Under the pieces are notes generated by a model. That model was not told where the DNA came from, searched no databases, and worked only from the letters and a program-made list of their open reading frames with translations. The translations under genes were made by a program, and so were the position numbers. From an uncultured bacterium (lineage in GTDB: Bacteria; Latescibacterota; UBA2968; GCA-2709665), in the NCBI GenBank assembly GCA_964551635.1, contig CAZKDZ010000203.1, positions 6,712 through 70,711 on the forward strand: a stretch of 64,000 bases of DNA. The letters are read 5' to 3'. Below, one piece after another: positions 36,586-46,303 of this stretch (the stretch's first letter is position 1; every line of letters begins with the position of its first letter).

Positions 36586-38102
36586 TGTCCGTCCATCTGC
36601 CCGCTCTGCAGATCGTGGTACCGCTCATTGCCGCGCCGGTCTGCCTTCTACTGAGGCGAAGGATGCTGGCCTGGGCCTTTGCCGCGGCTGTCGCATGGAC
36701 GGCGTTGGGCATCGCCGCGCTGCTGCTCATAAGGGTCCTGGATGCCGGCACGATCTCGTACGCGCTCGGAAGCTGGAGCGCCCCCTGGGGAATCGAGTAT
36801 CGGATCGATGCGGTCAATGCTTTCGTATTGCTCCTGGTGGCATCCATAGGCGCCGTCGTACTCGTTTACGCGCCTCAAAGCGCGGCCCGGGAAATCCCGG
36901 AGGACCGTCACTATCTGTTCTACGCGGCGTATCTCACGTGCCTGACGGGCCTGCTGGGCATTGCCATTACGGGCGACGCGTTCAACCTGTTCGTCTTCAT
37001 CGAGATCGCCTCTCTTTCAACCTACGCGCTGATCAGCCTTGGAAGAGACCGCCGCGCCCTGACGGCCGCATACCAGTACCTGGTGATGGGCACCGTCGGG
37101 GCGACGTTTATCCTGATCGGAGTGGGGCTCCTGTATATGGCGACGGGGACCCTGAACATGGCGGACCTCGCGGTCCGTCTGGGTCCGGTCCTGGGTACCC
37201 GCACCGTGCTGGCGGCGTTCGCGTTCCTCAGCGTGGGCCTGTGCCTGAAACTGGCGCTGTTTCCCCTGCACATGTGGCTGCCCAACGCGTATTGCTATGC
37301 GCCATCGATGGTGACAGCCTTTCTTGCGGCAACGGCGACCAAAGTCTCCATCTATGTCCTCCTCCGGTTCATCTTCACCGTGTTCGGACCCCGATTCGCA
37401 TTCGATACGATCGGGATCCAGGTTGTGCTGTTGCCGCTTTCGCTCCTGGGAATCTTCGCGGCCTCAACGGTGGCCATCTTCCAGACGAACATCAAGCGTA
37501 TGCTCGCCTGGTCCAGCGTCGCACAGGTCGGATACATGATGCTGGGAGTCGGCCTTGTATCGGTCAGCGGCGCCGGTCCGGAGAACGGGTTCGGTCCGGG
37601 ATCGCTGAACGGCCTGACAGCGGGAATCGTCCACCTCTTCAACCACGCGGTGATGAAAGGCGCGCTGTTCCTTGGCATGGGTTGTATCGCCCTCCGCGTG
37701 GGCTCCGTGCAACTGGATGACATGCACGGACTCGGACGCCGCATGCCGGTGACAATGGCCGCTCTCGTACTCGGAGGCCTCAGCCTGATCGGCGTGCCCC
37801 TCACTGTTGGCTTCATCAGCAAGTGGTATCTGGTTCTGGCCGCCCTGGAAAAGGGCTGGTGGCCGGTTGCGGTTCTGGTCCTGCTGGGCTCTCTGCTGGC
37901 GGTCGTCTACATATGGCGCGTGGTTGAAGTCGCCTACTTCCGCAAGCCCCCCGGTAAGGCCGGCGTTGACGAGGCGCCCCTGCTGATGCACATCCCGATG
38001 TGGATCCTGATTGCGGCCGCACTCTACTTCGGAATCTCGACATCCTTCACAGTCGGCGTCGCCCGGCAGGCCGCCGGATGGCTCATGGGTATCGCACCAT
38101 GA
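36585..38102 (+). CDS. mrpD: MrpD/NuoM-N-like proton-conducting antiporter subunit (1 of 3)
   Basis: 505-aa polytopic ORF with KLALFPLHMWLPNAYCYAPSMVTAFLAATATK. Confidence 0.85.
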   Translation: MSVHLPALQIVVPLIAAPVCLLLRRRMLAWAFAAAVAWTALGIAALLLIRVLDAGTISYALGSWSAPWGIEYRIDAVNAFVLLLVASIGAVVLVYAPQSAAREIPEDRHYLFYAAYLTCLTGLLGIAITGDAFNLFVFIEIASLSTYALISLGRDRRALTAAYQYLVMGTVGATFILIGVGLLYMATGTLNMADLAVRLGPVLGTRTVLAAFAFLSVGLCLKLALFPLHMWLPNAYCYAPSMVTAFLAATATKVSIYVLLRFIFTVFGPRFAFDTIGIQVVLLPLSLLGIFAASTVAIFQTNIKRMLAWSSVAQVGYMMLGVGLVSVSGAGPENGFGPGSLNGLTAGIVHLFNHAVMKGALFLGMGCIALRVGSVQLDDMHGLGRRMPVTMAALVLGGLSLIGVPLTVGFISKWYLVLAALEKGWWPVAVLVLLGSLLAVVYIWRVVEVAYFRKPPGKAGVDEAPLLMHIPMWILIAAALYFGISTSFTVGVARQAAGWLMGIAP

Positions 38103-39565
38103 CCGCTTCGCATGCCACGCTGCTCGCAGTCGTGCTGCCACTGCTCGGCGCCCCGCTGATCGGTCTTCTGGGGCGCAGGCCCAATCTGCGGGAGGCGGCC
38201 ACACTGGCCACCGGCGGCGCACTGTTTTTCGTGGTGCTTTCCCTGGTTCCGGATGTTCTGGCGGGTTCCAGACCCGGTTTGCAGATTCTCGAGGTGATGC
38301 CGGGTCTGGCGCTGGCGTTTGAAGTGGAACCGCTGGGCATGCTCTTCGGGTTGATCGCCTCCGGACTCTGGATTCTGACGTCTCTGTATTCCATCGGGTA
38401 CATGCGCGGCCATCACGAATCCAACCAGACCGTTTTCTACGTCTACTTTGCGGTGGCCATTACAGGCGCCCTGGGCGTTGCATTCGCCCGGAATCTGTTC
38501 ACGCTGTTTATCTTCTACGAAGTGCTCACCCTTTCCACCTATCCGCTGGTCACACACCATCGGACCGGGGAAGCGCTAAGGTCGGGCAGGATCTACATGG
38601 GGATACTGCTCGGAACCTCGGTCGGGCTGATGCTTCTGGCGGTGGTGTGGACGTGGCACCTGACGGGCACCCTGGAATTCGTACCCGGCGGAATCCTCGC
38701 GGGCAAGGCGAGTCCGGCCGTGGTGGGCGTACTGCTGGCGCTCTACGCGTTCGGGACCGGAAAAGCGGCGCTGATGCCTTTTCACAAATGGCTGCCCGCG
38801 GCGATGGTTGCGCCCACGCCCGTGAGCGCGCTGCTGCACGCTGTGGCCGTGGTCAAGGCGGGCGTATTTACGGTGATGAAGATTGTGGTCTACATCTTCG
38901 GCATCGACCTGCTTGCGGACACCGGCATGAGCTTCTGGCTGGCCTGCGTCGCCGCGGCAACCCTGCTTATCGCGTCCCTGGTAGCATTGACCAAAGACAA
39001 TCTCAAGGCGCGTCTCGCCTATTCCACGGTCAGCCAGTTGTCCTACGTGGTACTCGGCGCGGCTCTTGCCAATTCCTGGGGAATTGTCGGTGGCTCCATG
39101 CATATTGCGATGCATGCCTTCGGAAAGATCACGCTGTTCTTCTGCGCCGGCGCAATCATGGTGGCCGCGCACAAGACGGAAATCAGCGACATGGCGGGTA
39201 TCGGGAAGACGATGCCGATTACGATGTTCGCGTTTTTTGTGGGATCGCTGAGCGTGATCGGCCTGCCCCCGTTCGGCGGTTCGTGGAGCAAGTGGTACCT
39301 GGCGCTGGGTGCGGCGGACGCGGACCGGATCATTTTCGTGGCCGTGTTGCTGATCAGTTCGCTGCTGAACGTCGCGTATCTGATGCCGATCGTCGCGCGC
39401 GCCTTTTTCGTGGCGCCCTCCCAGACGCCCTCCGGCGCGTCCGGCATCAGGGAAGCCCCGGCGTTCTGCGTGGTTCCCCTGTGCCTGACGGCGCTCGGGT
39501 GCCTGGCGCTCTTCTTCTGCGCCGAAGAGATCTATCTGCTTCTGGCGCCAATCACAGTCCGTTGA
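38099..39565 (+). CDS. mrpD: MrpD/NuoM-N-like proton-conducting antiporter subunit (2 of 3)
   Basis: The ATG at 38099 overlaps the previous stop (ATGA). The pattern is GKAALMPFHKWLPAAMVAPTPVSALLHAVAVVKAGVF. Confidence 0.85.
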   Translation: MTASHATLLAVVLPLLGAPLIGLLGRRPNLREAATLATGGALFFVVLSLVPDVLAGSRPGLQILEVMPGLALAFEVEPLGMLFGLIASGLWILTSLYSIGYMRGHHESNQTVFYVYFAVAITGALGVAFARNLFTLFIFYEVLTLSTYPLVTHHRTGEALRSGRIYMGILLGTSVGLMLLAVVWTWHLTGTLEFVPGGILAGKASPAVVGVLLALYAFGTGKAALMPFHKWLPAAMVAPTPVSALLHAVAVVKAGVFTVMKIVVYIFGIDLLADTGMSFWLACVAAATLLIASLVALTKDNLKARLAYSTVSQLSYVVLGAALANSWGIVGGSMHIAMHAFGKITLFFCAGAIMVAAHKTEISDMAGIGKTMPITMFAFFVGSLSVIGLPPFGGSWSKWYLALGAADADRIIFVAVLLISSLLNVAYLMPIVARAFFVAPSQTPSGASGIREAPAFCVVPLCLTALGCLALFFCAEEIYLLLAPITVR

Positions 39566-39589
39566 TAAAGTCGCTCTGCAGGCGAGGCC

Positions 39590-39835
39590 ATGGAAGAACA
39601 CGGAAAAAAACGGCCGGACAAAGGCGGGAACGCGAAGACGATCCACAGGGCGCTCTATGTGGTCTGCGCCATTCTGCTGGCGGTGGATCTTGTCATGGAC
39701 AGACACGGTCACTTCGCGGCAGAGGAGTGGTTCGGCTTTTACGGGTGGTACGGGTTTATCGCATGTGTGGCGCTCGTGCTGATTGCCGGGGGGCTGCGCG
39801 TCGTATTGGGACGCAAGGAAGACTACTATGATTGA
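39590..39835 (+). CDS. Small 2-TM membrane protein inside the mrp-like cluster
   Basis: 81-aa ORF with two hydrophobic segments (LYVVCAILLAVDLVM and GFIACVALVLIAGGL). It overlaps the next gene start and has no recognised family. Confidence 0.5.
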   Translation: MEEHGKKRPDKGGNAKTIHRALYVVCAILLAVDLVMDRHGHFAAEEWFGFYGWYGFIACVALVLIAGGLRVVLGRKEDYYD

Positions 39836-41516
39836 CCCCGTTCCTCCGGCGCTGATCCTGATTGTCGGATCGCTGCTGATACCTGTCCTGCGTGGGCGAT
39901 TGCAGTCGGCTTATATGCTGCTGCTTCCGGTTGCCGGGCTTGCCCATCTGATCGGACTCAGCCCGGGTGAATACTGGAAGATCGGGATCTTCGACTATTC
40001 CATTATGCTGGTCCGCATCGACCGGCTCAGCCTGGTGTTCGGCTATATCTTCCATATCGCAGCCCTGCTGAGCGTCATCTATGCGCTCCACGTGAAGGAC
40101 AATACGCAGCACGTTGCGGGCCTGTTCTACGCGGGCAGCGCCGTCGGCGCCCTCTTCGCGGGTGATCTGATCAGCCTGTTCGTCTTCTGGGAACTCACGG
40201 CGATCTCGTCCGTATTCCTGATCTGGAGCCGCCGCACCGACCGCGCATACGCCGCGGGAATGCGCTACCTGATCGTGCAGGTCTGCTCCGGAATGGTCCT
40301 TCTGGCGGGCATTCTTATCCATCTGCGCGAGACGGGATCGATCGCATTTACGGAGCTGGGGCTGAATGGCCTGGGTTCGACGCTCGTCTTCATCGCCTTT
40401 GGAATCAAATGCGCGTTTCCGCTTCTTCACAGCTGGCTGTCGGACGCCTATCCGGAGGCGACGGTAACCGGTACCGTTTTCCTGAGCGCTTTCACAACCA
40501 AGCTGGCGGTCTATGCGCTTGCCCGGGGCTTTCCCGGTACCGAAATCCTGATCCCGATCGGCGCGGTGATGACCCTTTTCCCCATGTTCTATGCGATCAT
40601 CGAGAATGACCTCAGACGGGTGCTGGCCTACAGCCTGAATATCCAGCTGGGTTTTATGGTCGTCGGTATAGGAATCGGGACCCAGATGTCCCTGAACGGA
40701 ACGGCCGCCCACGCTGCCACCCACGTGATTTACAAAGCCTTGCTGTTTATGTCAATGGGCGCGGTGCTCTATCGTACGGGTACGGCCAGGGCTTCGGATC
40801 TGGGCGGACTTTACAGGTCCATGCCTCTGACGACGGCTTTCTGCATCATCGGAGCGGCGTCGATTTCCGCCGTTCCCTTCTTCAACGGTTTCGTCAGCAA
40901 GTCATTTATCCTCGGTGCCGTGGCCGATGGACACGACGTCCTGACCTGGATGGCGTTGCTGTTCGCTTCGGCGGGCGTGTTGCTTTATACCGGTATCAGG
41001 GTCCCCTACCTCGCTTTCTTCGCCGCAGATTCCGGGGTCCGCTGCCGGGAGGCGCCTTTGAACATGCGCGTCGCGATGGGCGCGGCAGCCGGACTGTGCG
41101 TCCTGATTGGCGTCTATCCGAAACCACTCTACGCTGTCTTGCCGTTTGCCGTGGATTACGAACCCTATACGGCGGGCCATCTCGTTACCCAGTTCCAACT
41201 GCTGTTCTTCTCCGCGCTGGCCTTCGTTGTGTTGAAGCGGACCGGCGTTTATCCGTCCGTATTGCGGTCCGTAAATCTGGACGCCGACTGGGTGTATCGA
41301 CGGCTGCTTCCCGGTATCGTCCGGGCTGCGGCGCGGGTGGGTGGTTTGGCCGGAAGTTCGATCCTGGGGGGCGGGAAGGCGCTGGTCTCGGCGGCGGTTT
41401 CAGGATGCCGTCAAACCCACGGTCCCCAGGGCATACTGGGTCGATCCTGGACGACGGGTACTGCCGTGTTGGTCGTGACGATCTCTCTGGCTGCGTTCAT
41501 GATCTTCTGCTTCTGA
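39828..41516 (+). CDS. MrpD/MrpA-like proton-conducting antiporter subunit (3 of 3)
   Basis: Starts at the ATG at 39828 (MIDPVPPALILIVGSLL...). The pattern is IKCAFPLLHSWLSDAYPEATVTGTVFLSAFTTKLAVY. Confidence 0.8.
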   Translation: MIDPVPPALILIVGSLLIPVLRGRLQSAYMLLLPVAGLAHLIGLSPGEYWKIGIFDYSIMLVRIDRLSLVFGYIFHIAALLSVIYALHVKDNTQHVAGLFYAGSAVGALFAGDLISLFVFWELTAISSVFLIWSRRTDRAYAAGMRYLIVQVCSGMVLLAGILIHLRETGSIAFTELGLNGLGSTLVFIAFGIKCAFPLLHSWLSDAYPEATVTGTVFLSAFTTKLAVYALARGFPGTEILIPIGAVMTLFPMFYAIIENDLRRVLAYSLNIQLGFMVVGIGIGTQMSLNGTAAHAATHVIYKALLFMSMGAVLYRTGTARASDLGGLYRSMPLTTAFCIIGAASISAVPFFNGFVSKSFILGAVADGHDVLTWMALLFASAGVLLYTGIRVPYLAFFAADSGVRCREAPLNMRVAMGAAAGLCVLIGVYPKPLYAVLPFAVDYEPYTAGHLVTQFQLLFFSALAFVVLKRTGVYPSVLRSVNLDADWVYRRLLPGIVRAAARVGGLAGSSILGGGKALVSAAVSGCRQTHGPQGILGRSWTTGTAVLVVTISLAAFMIFCF

Positions 41517-41705
41517 TGTCAGAAACAGCCAAGTATTACTTAAGTAACATAAAAACAGTTTTTTGTCTACATTTCCTGTTTCACGAAACAACCGTGCCGT
41601 CCCGCAATATCGTACCTGCGCACCAGTTTCGAACTTTAGGCTTGACTTTTTTATCGCATCCCCGTTAATTAATGCTGCTAATAATTATCGCCGAGGACCA
41701 TTGCG

Positions 41706-43154
41706 TTGCCCGACCTGAACTGGACAGTACTCGTTCCCTCGCTGATTGTCGCGTCAAGTGCGCTGTTGATCCTGTGCATCGACATCGTCCGGCCGGTAAA
41801 TCGGGGTGTGGGAGCCGCATACACGGCCATTGTCGGAACGGGCCTGGCGGCGGTCGCCTGCGCGGGTCTCTGGGGGCGGTCCGAACAGACCTTCGGCGGG
41901 ATGCTCGCGCTGGACAATTTCGCGCTCTTTTCCAACATCATATTTACGGTAGGCACGGCGCTGACCGTTTTTATCTCCACGGGTTACCTGAAGCGGGAAC
42001 AGGGCAACCGCAGCGAGTACTATCTGCTGCTGCTGACAGCCACCCTGGGCATGATGCTCATGGCTGCGGGGACGGACCTGATCGTGATCTTCCTCGGTTT
42101 GGAGCTGATGTCTCTGTCGCTCTATATCCTGGTTGGATTCCTCAGTTCGCGTTCCGTCTCCAATGAAGCCTCCCTGAAATATCTTCTGCTGGGCGCGTTT
42201 GCGACCGGGTTTCTGCTCTACGGAATTGCCCTGATCTACGGATCGACCGGCTCCACCAACCTCCAGCAGGTTGGCGCAATGCTCTTGCGACAGGTGGACA
42301 GCGGCGGGCTGATGTTATATGCGGGCATGGTATTGCTGGTCGTGGGCTTCGCGTTCAAGGTGGCGGCGGTACCATTCCATATGTGGGCGCCCGATGTCTA
42401 TGAAGGCGCGCCTGCATCGGTGACCGCCTTTCTTTCGGCCGGGCCCAAGGCGGCAGCCTTCGTTGCGTTTTTGCGCGTGCTGATGGTATCTCTGGAATCG
42501 TTGAAGACGGAGTGGACGGCGGTGCTGTGGATCCTGGCGGCGTTAACCATGACCGTAGGCAACCTGAGCGCGCTGGGGCAACGCAGCATCAAGAGAATGC
42601 TGGCCTATTCCAGCGTTGCGCATGCCGGTTACGTTCTGGTTGCGCTCACCGCGGCCAGCGGCAAGGGGATTTCCGCCGCGCTGTTCTATCTGCTTGCTTA
42701 TACGTTTATGAATATCGGGGCATTCGCGGTCGTGATTCTGGTCGCGCGGAAGGGCGAGGAGAACGTCGACATATCGGATTACGCGGGGCTGGGCTTCAGA
42801 CATCCGGTCCTCGGACTGACGATGACGCTGTTTATGCTCTCCCTGGCGGGGCTCCCTCCTACTGCCGGATTCTTCGGGAAATTTTACATATTCCGGGCGG
42901 CAATCGACGCCGGCCTGGTCTCGCTTACCATTATCGGCGTGCTGAACAGCCTTGTCTCGGTTTATTTCTATCTCGGGGTCGTCGTCAGTATGTATATGAG
43001 ACAGCCGGCTGACGAAAAGCCGGTGGGCACATTTCCACCTCTCGCACGGACGGCGCTCCTGGTTACGTCCCTTGCAACCCTCTATATTGGCCTCGCTCCC
43101 TCGCGGTTTCTGGAATTGGCCATGCAGACGGTAGGCAGCCTCATTGGAACTTAG
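41706..43154 (+). CDS. nuoN: NADH-quinone oxidoreductase subunit N
   Basis: 482-aa ORF with a TTG start. The pattern is GLELMSLSLYILVGF, FKVAAVPFHMWAPDVYEGAPASVTAFLSAGPK and KRMLAYSSVAHAGY. Confidence 0.88.
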   Translation: MPDLNWTVLVPSLIVASSALLILCIDIVRPVNRGVGAAYTAIVGTGLAAVACAGLWGRSEQTFGGMLALDNFALFSNIIFTVGTALTVFISTGYLKREQGNRSEYYLLLLTATLGMMLMAAGTDLIVIFLGLELMSLSLYILVGFLSSRSVSNEASLKYLLLGAFATGFLLYGIALIYGSTGSTNLQQVGAMLLRQVDSGGLMLYAGMVLLVVGFAFKVAAVPFHMWAPDVYEGAPASVTAFLSAGPKAAAFVAFLRVLMVSLESLKTEWTAVLWILAALTMTVGNLSALGQRSIKRMLAYSSVAHAGYVLVALTAASGKGISAALFYLLAYTFMNIGAFAVVILVARKGEENVDISDYAGLGFRHPVLGLTMTLFMLSLAGLPPTAGFFGKFYIFRAAIDAGLVSLTIIGVLNSLVSVYFYLGVVVSMYMRQPADEKPVGTFPPLARTALLVTSLATLYIGLAPSRFLELAMQTVGSLIGT

Positions 43155-43225
43155 AAGCTGCGGCTGCAGTTACGGGGTCAATCGAGCTTTCACGCCCTTC
43201 CGTACTTAACCCATCGTGTTGATCG

Positions 43226-43489
43226 ATGGAGGAAGAAAAAAAACAACCCGGCCTGGCTGCGGCCTATAGAAAAGCCGGACCTTATCTGAACCTGGGAATC
43301 GAGTTTGCGGCGTCTTTCATTCTCTGCCTGTTTGCCGGAAAATGGCTGGACGGCAAATTCGGAACGGCCCCCTATCTGATGTTGGCGGGATTGGCTCTGG
43401 GAATCACCGTCGGCTTTCTGAATCTGTACAGAACGGCGATGCGCCTCCAGGAACGTGAAAAGCAGGGCAAAAATCAATCGCCGTCCTGA
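43226..43489 (+). CDS. atpZ: AtpZ/AtpI-family small membrane protein preceding the F0 genes
   Basis: 87-aa ORF with AGPYLNLGIEFAASFILCLFAGKWLD...LGITVGFLNLYR. Confidence 0.65.
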   Translation: MEEEKKQPGLAAAYRKAGPYLNLGIEFAASFILCLFAGKWLDGKFGTAPYLMLAGLALGITVGFLNLYRTAMRLQEREKQGKNQSPS

Positions 43490-43497
43490 GGTGAGAC

Positions 43498-43902
43498 GTG
43501 AGAACCGAATTCCTTCGATTTGCCGGACAGGTCGGGGCTGTCCTGATCGCGGCGGCAATCCTGGGCGGATACCCGCTTTACGTCTACTGGGGCGTTGAAA
43601 TGGTCCGGGCGGCGGCCGTAGGGTGCGGGATCGGCGCACTGAACGCGCTGGCCGGAGGGCTCTCGGCCATCTGGTCGTTCGACCGGCCGCAGCCGGTCTT
43701 TCTGAAAGCGCTTCTGGGTGGAATGGTCGTTCGGATGCTGGTCATCTGCATTGGACTGGTGCTCTTGATCAAATTTACGGCATTGTCGGTTTACGGTCTG
43801 GTTTTCTCTCTTTTTTCGTCCTATCTGCTCTTTCAGATTCTGGAAATCCGGTTCTTCGTGAGGCGCGCCGCGGTGCGGCGGGATACTTCACAAGGGGTTT
43901 GA
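43498..43902 (+). CDS. ATP synthase protein I-like membrane protein
   Basis: 134-aa ORF with four hydrophobic segments, positioned between atpZ and atpB. Confidence 0.5.
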   Translation: MRTEFLRFAGQVGAVLIAAAILGGYPLYVYWGVEMVRAAAVGCGIGALNALAGGLSAIWSFDRPQPVFLKALLGGMVVRMLVICIGLVLLIKFTALSVYGLVFSLFSSYLLFQILEIRFFVRRAAVRRDTSQGV

Positions 43903-43906
43903 TTCA

Positions 43907-44707
43907 ATGGCTTCGGAAAGCGCCGCGGAAGGCAAAAAAGACTACATCATGGAGCATCTCCTCGATTCTTCGGAGCTCCACCTGCCCTTTGTTCACGTCG
44001 AACTGCCTCGTTTCGAGCTGTTCGGCGTCGACGTGTCCATTACCCGGCACGTGGTCATGATGTGGGTCGCCTCGGCATTCCTCCTGTGGATCTTCATCAG
44101 GACGACCCGGCGCCGGGGTTTGGTACCTTCCGGGCTCGCAAATCTGCTGGAATCGGTTGTCGTATTCATAAGAGATGAAATTGCGGTTCCCAACATCGGC
44201 GCACGGGAGGCCGGACGGTTCCTGCCCTTTCTGTTTACAGTCTTCTTTTTCATCCTGACCTGCAATCTACTGGGCCTGGTACCCTATGGCGCGACAGCGA
44301 CGGGAAACGTCAGCATAACCGCCGGTCTGGCAATCTGCGCCTTTCTGGTCATTCAGATGGGCGGCATTCTGCACAACGGCTTTCTGGGTTACTTCAAGGG
44401 ACTGGTGCCCCACGGACTGCCGCTGCCGATCACGCTCCTGATGATCCCGATCGAGCTCATCGGCCTGATTGCCAAACCGTTTGCACTCTGTATTCGTCTC
44501 TTTGCCAATATGACCGCCGGACACGTGATCATCCTGGCTCTGCTGGGGCTGATCTTCATGTTCAAGTCGTACGCCGTCGCGCCCGTGTCCGTGCTGTTCG
44601 CACTGGCGATTTATCTGCTGGAAATCTTCGTGGCACTGGTGCAGGCGTATATCTTCACGATGCTATCCGCCGTTTTTATCGGGATGGCGGTGCATCAGGA
44701 TCACTGA
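43907..44707 (+). CDS. atpB: F0F1 ATP synthase subunit a
   Basis: 266-aa ORF with the essential Arg region LCIRLFANMTAGH. Confidence 0.93.
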   Translation: MASESAAEGKKDYIMEHLLDSSELHLPFVHVELPRFELFGVDVSITRHVVMMWVASAFLLWIFIRTTRRRGLVPSGLANLLESVVVFIRDEIAVPNIGAREAGRFLPFLFTVFFFILTCNLLGLVPYGATATGNVSITAGLAICAFLVIQMGGILHNGFLGYFKGLVPHGLPLPITLLMIPIELIGLIAKPFALCIRLFANMTAGHVIILALLGLIFMFKSYAVAPVSVLFALAIYLLEIFVALVQAYIFTMLSAVFIGMAVHQDH

Positions 44708-44771
44708 TCGTCGTATCACGTTGTCAACGCTTCATCGTAAACCCTTAACTTCCTAGCGGAGGAGGTATGTT

Positions 44772-45023
44772 GTGGCAGACGTGGCATCCGTGGCGGCTGA
44801 AGCATACGGTTATTTGTCCGCCGGCATTGGCGCGGGGCTGGTAACGATCGGCGCTGGAATTGGAATCGGACGTCTGGCCGGTATGGCCGTGGAAGGCACC
44901 GCACGGCAGCCCGAAGCCGCCGGCGATATCCGGACTTCCATGATCATTACCGCGACCTTCATAGAGGGTGTTGCCCTCTTCGGGCAGGTGGTCTGCTTCC
45001 TTCTGGCGACAAAAGGCGGCTGA
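44772..45023 (+). CDS. atpE: F0F1 ATP synthase subunit c
   Basis: 83-aa hairpin protein with a GTG start 7 nt after AGGAGG. It has the loop ARQPE and the carboxylate helix FIEGVALF. Confidence 0.92.
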   Translation: MADVASVAAEAYGYLSAGIGAGLVTIGAGIGIGRLAGMAVEGTARQPEAAGDIRTSMIITATFIEGVALFGQVVCFLLATKGG

Positions 45024-45064
45024 GAAAGCATACCGTTGAGGACGTCTAAACCAGAGGAACGGGT

Positions 45065-45562
45065 ATGTTGCTGAATGTCGATACAGGTCTGATGTTCTGG
45101 ACCATAGTAACCTTCGTCCTGCTGTTGCTCGTTCTCAGAGCGGTTGCCTGGAAACCGCTGCTGGCCATGCTGGACGAGCGCGAAGGGCGCATTCGGGATT
45201 CCCTGAACCAGGCGGAGAAAGCCAGGGAGGAAGCCCAGAATGCGGCCGAGGAAAACCGGCTCGCAATGGAGCAGGCCCAGGCCGAGGCGCGACAGTCCAT
45301 CTCGGAGGGACGGGAGGCGGCCGAGCGTGCAGCCCAGGAAGTGCGTCAGCGCGCGTCGGACGAAGCCCGGCAGATGCTGGAGCAGGCCCGGAGGACGATT
45401 CGGCAGGAGAAGGAGCAGGCGATCCAGGAACTTCGTACGCACGCCGCCGGTCTGGCCATCGAAGCCGCCGGCAAGGTGTTGGACGAAAACCTGGACACTG
45501 CCAGAAACAGAAAGCTTGTCGACGAGTTTATAAACAGCATTCCTGACAATGCACAAAACTGA
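45065..45562 (+). CDS. atpF: F0F1 ATP synthase subunit b
   Basis: 165-aa ORF with one N-terminal TM followed by a long charged helix (AEKAREEAQNAAEENRLAMEQAQAEARQ). Confidence 0.88.
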   Translation: MLLNVDTGLMFWTIVTFVLLLLVLRAVAWKPLLAMLDEREGRIRDSLNQAEKAREEAQNAAEENRLAMEQAQAEARQSISEGREAAERAAQEVRQRASDEARQMLEQARRTIRQEKEQAIQELRTHAAGLAIEAAGKVLDENLDTARNRKLVDEFINSIPDNAQN

Positions 45563-45577
45563 TTTCGGGAGCGGAGC

Positions 45578-46123
45578 TTGAACGAAACCCCCGTCGCAAT
45601 GCGTTATGCCAGGGCGCTCATCCAGGCGGCCGAAGAGCGGGACGCGCTCGACCGGGTGCGCGAGGACCTGGAGGGCCTTCTGAACCTGATCCGGGAATCG
45701 GAAGACCTGCGCGCCTTTCTAAGCGACCCTCTGATCTATCCGGAACAGAAGCGGACCGCGGTGCGGAGGCTTTTCTCCGGCCGGATCGGAGATCTCACCC
45801 TGAATTTCCTGCTGCTGTTGTGCGACAAACGACGCGAGCGGGGGCTCGACGGAATCATCCGGGCGTTTCTGATGCTCCTGGATGAACAACGGGGCCTGAT
45901 CACCGCATACGTGCGGTCGGCGCAGGATCTCTCGGAGGACCAGCGCTCGAGGCTCGCGCAGCGGCTGGCGGGATATTCCGGTAAGCAGGTACGGCTGGAC
46001 GTCGAAATCGACGAGGGACTCAGGGCGGGCTTCGTAACCAGGATGGGCGACCACGTATTCGACGCAACCCTCGAGGCGCAGCTGAACCGGATGCGCCAGA
46101 GGCTGGTTTCGGGTTTATCATAG
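45578..46123 (+). CDS. atpH: F0F1 ATP synthase subunit delta
   Basis: 181-aa ORF with a TTG start. It has an OSCP-like opening (VAMRYARALIQAAEE) and sits between atpF and atpA. Confidence 0.85.
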   Translation: MNETPVAMRYARALIQAAEERDALDRVREDLEGLLNLIRESEDLRAFLSDPLIYPEQKRTAVRRLFSGRIGDLTLNFLLLLCDKRRERGLDGIIRAFLMLLDEQRGLITAYVRSAQDLSEDQRSRLAQRLAGYSGKQVRLDVEIDEGLRAGFVTRMGDHVFDATLEAQLNRMRQRLVSGLS

Positions 46124-46303
46124 CAGTCCGTTGGAAAAGCTGCTTTGCAGGCGAAGCCGGACAATCAGGACCGACGGCAAGGCGTGCGACCGGGCCGGAT
46201 CCGTGGATTCGGACAGGGAACGCAGCGCGGTCATTCGGCCACACGGGCGCGCCGCAGAACGGATGGGCTCTTTCAACGGCAGATAACCGAGGTGCAGACA
46301 CTT

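Noticed and set aside
36569-37720. Alternative-frame same-strand ORFs overlapping membrane genes, for example 383 aa at 36569..37720 (+), 351 aa at 30977..32032 (+) and 394 aa at 38647..39831 (+).
   Set aside because: They are Arg/Gly/Pro-rich translations without TM segments or motifs. The overlapping frames encode canonical antiporter-like proteins with conserved motifs.
41642-41671. Possible promoter for nuoN (TTGACT followed 17-18 nt later by ttaatt/taatta).
   Set aside because: It is not listed as a feature because the -10 candidates are weak and several alternatives exist in the A+T-rich gap. It is mentioned only as context in the mrp-insertion finding.
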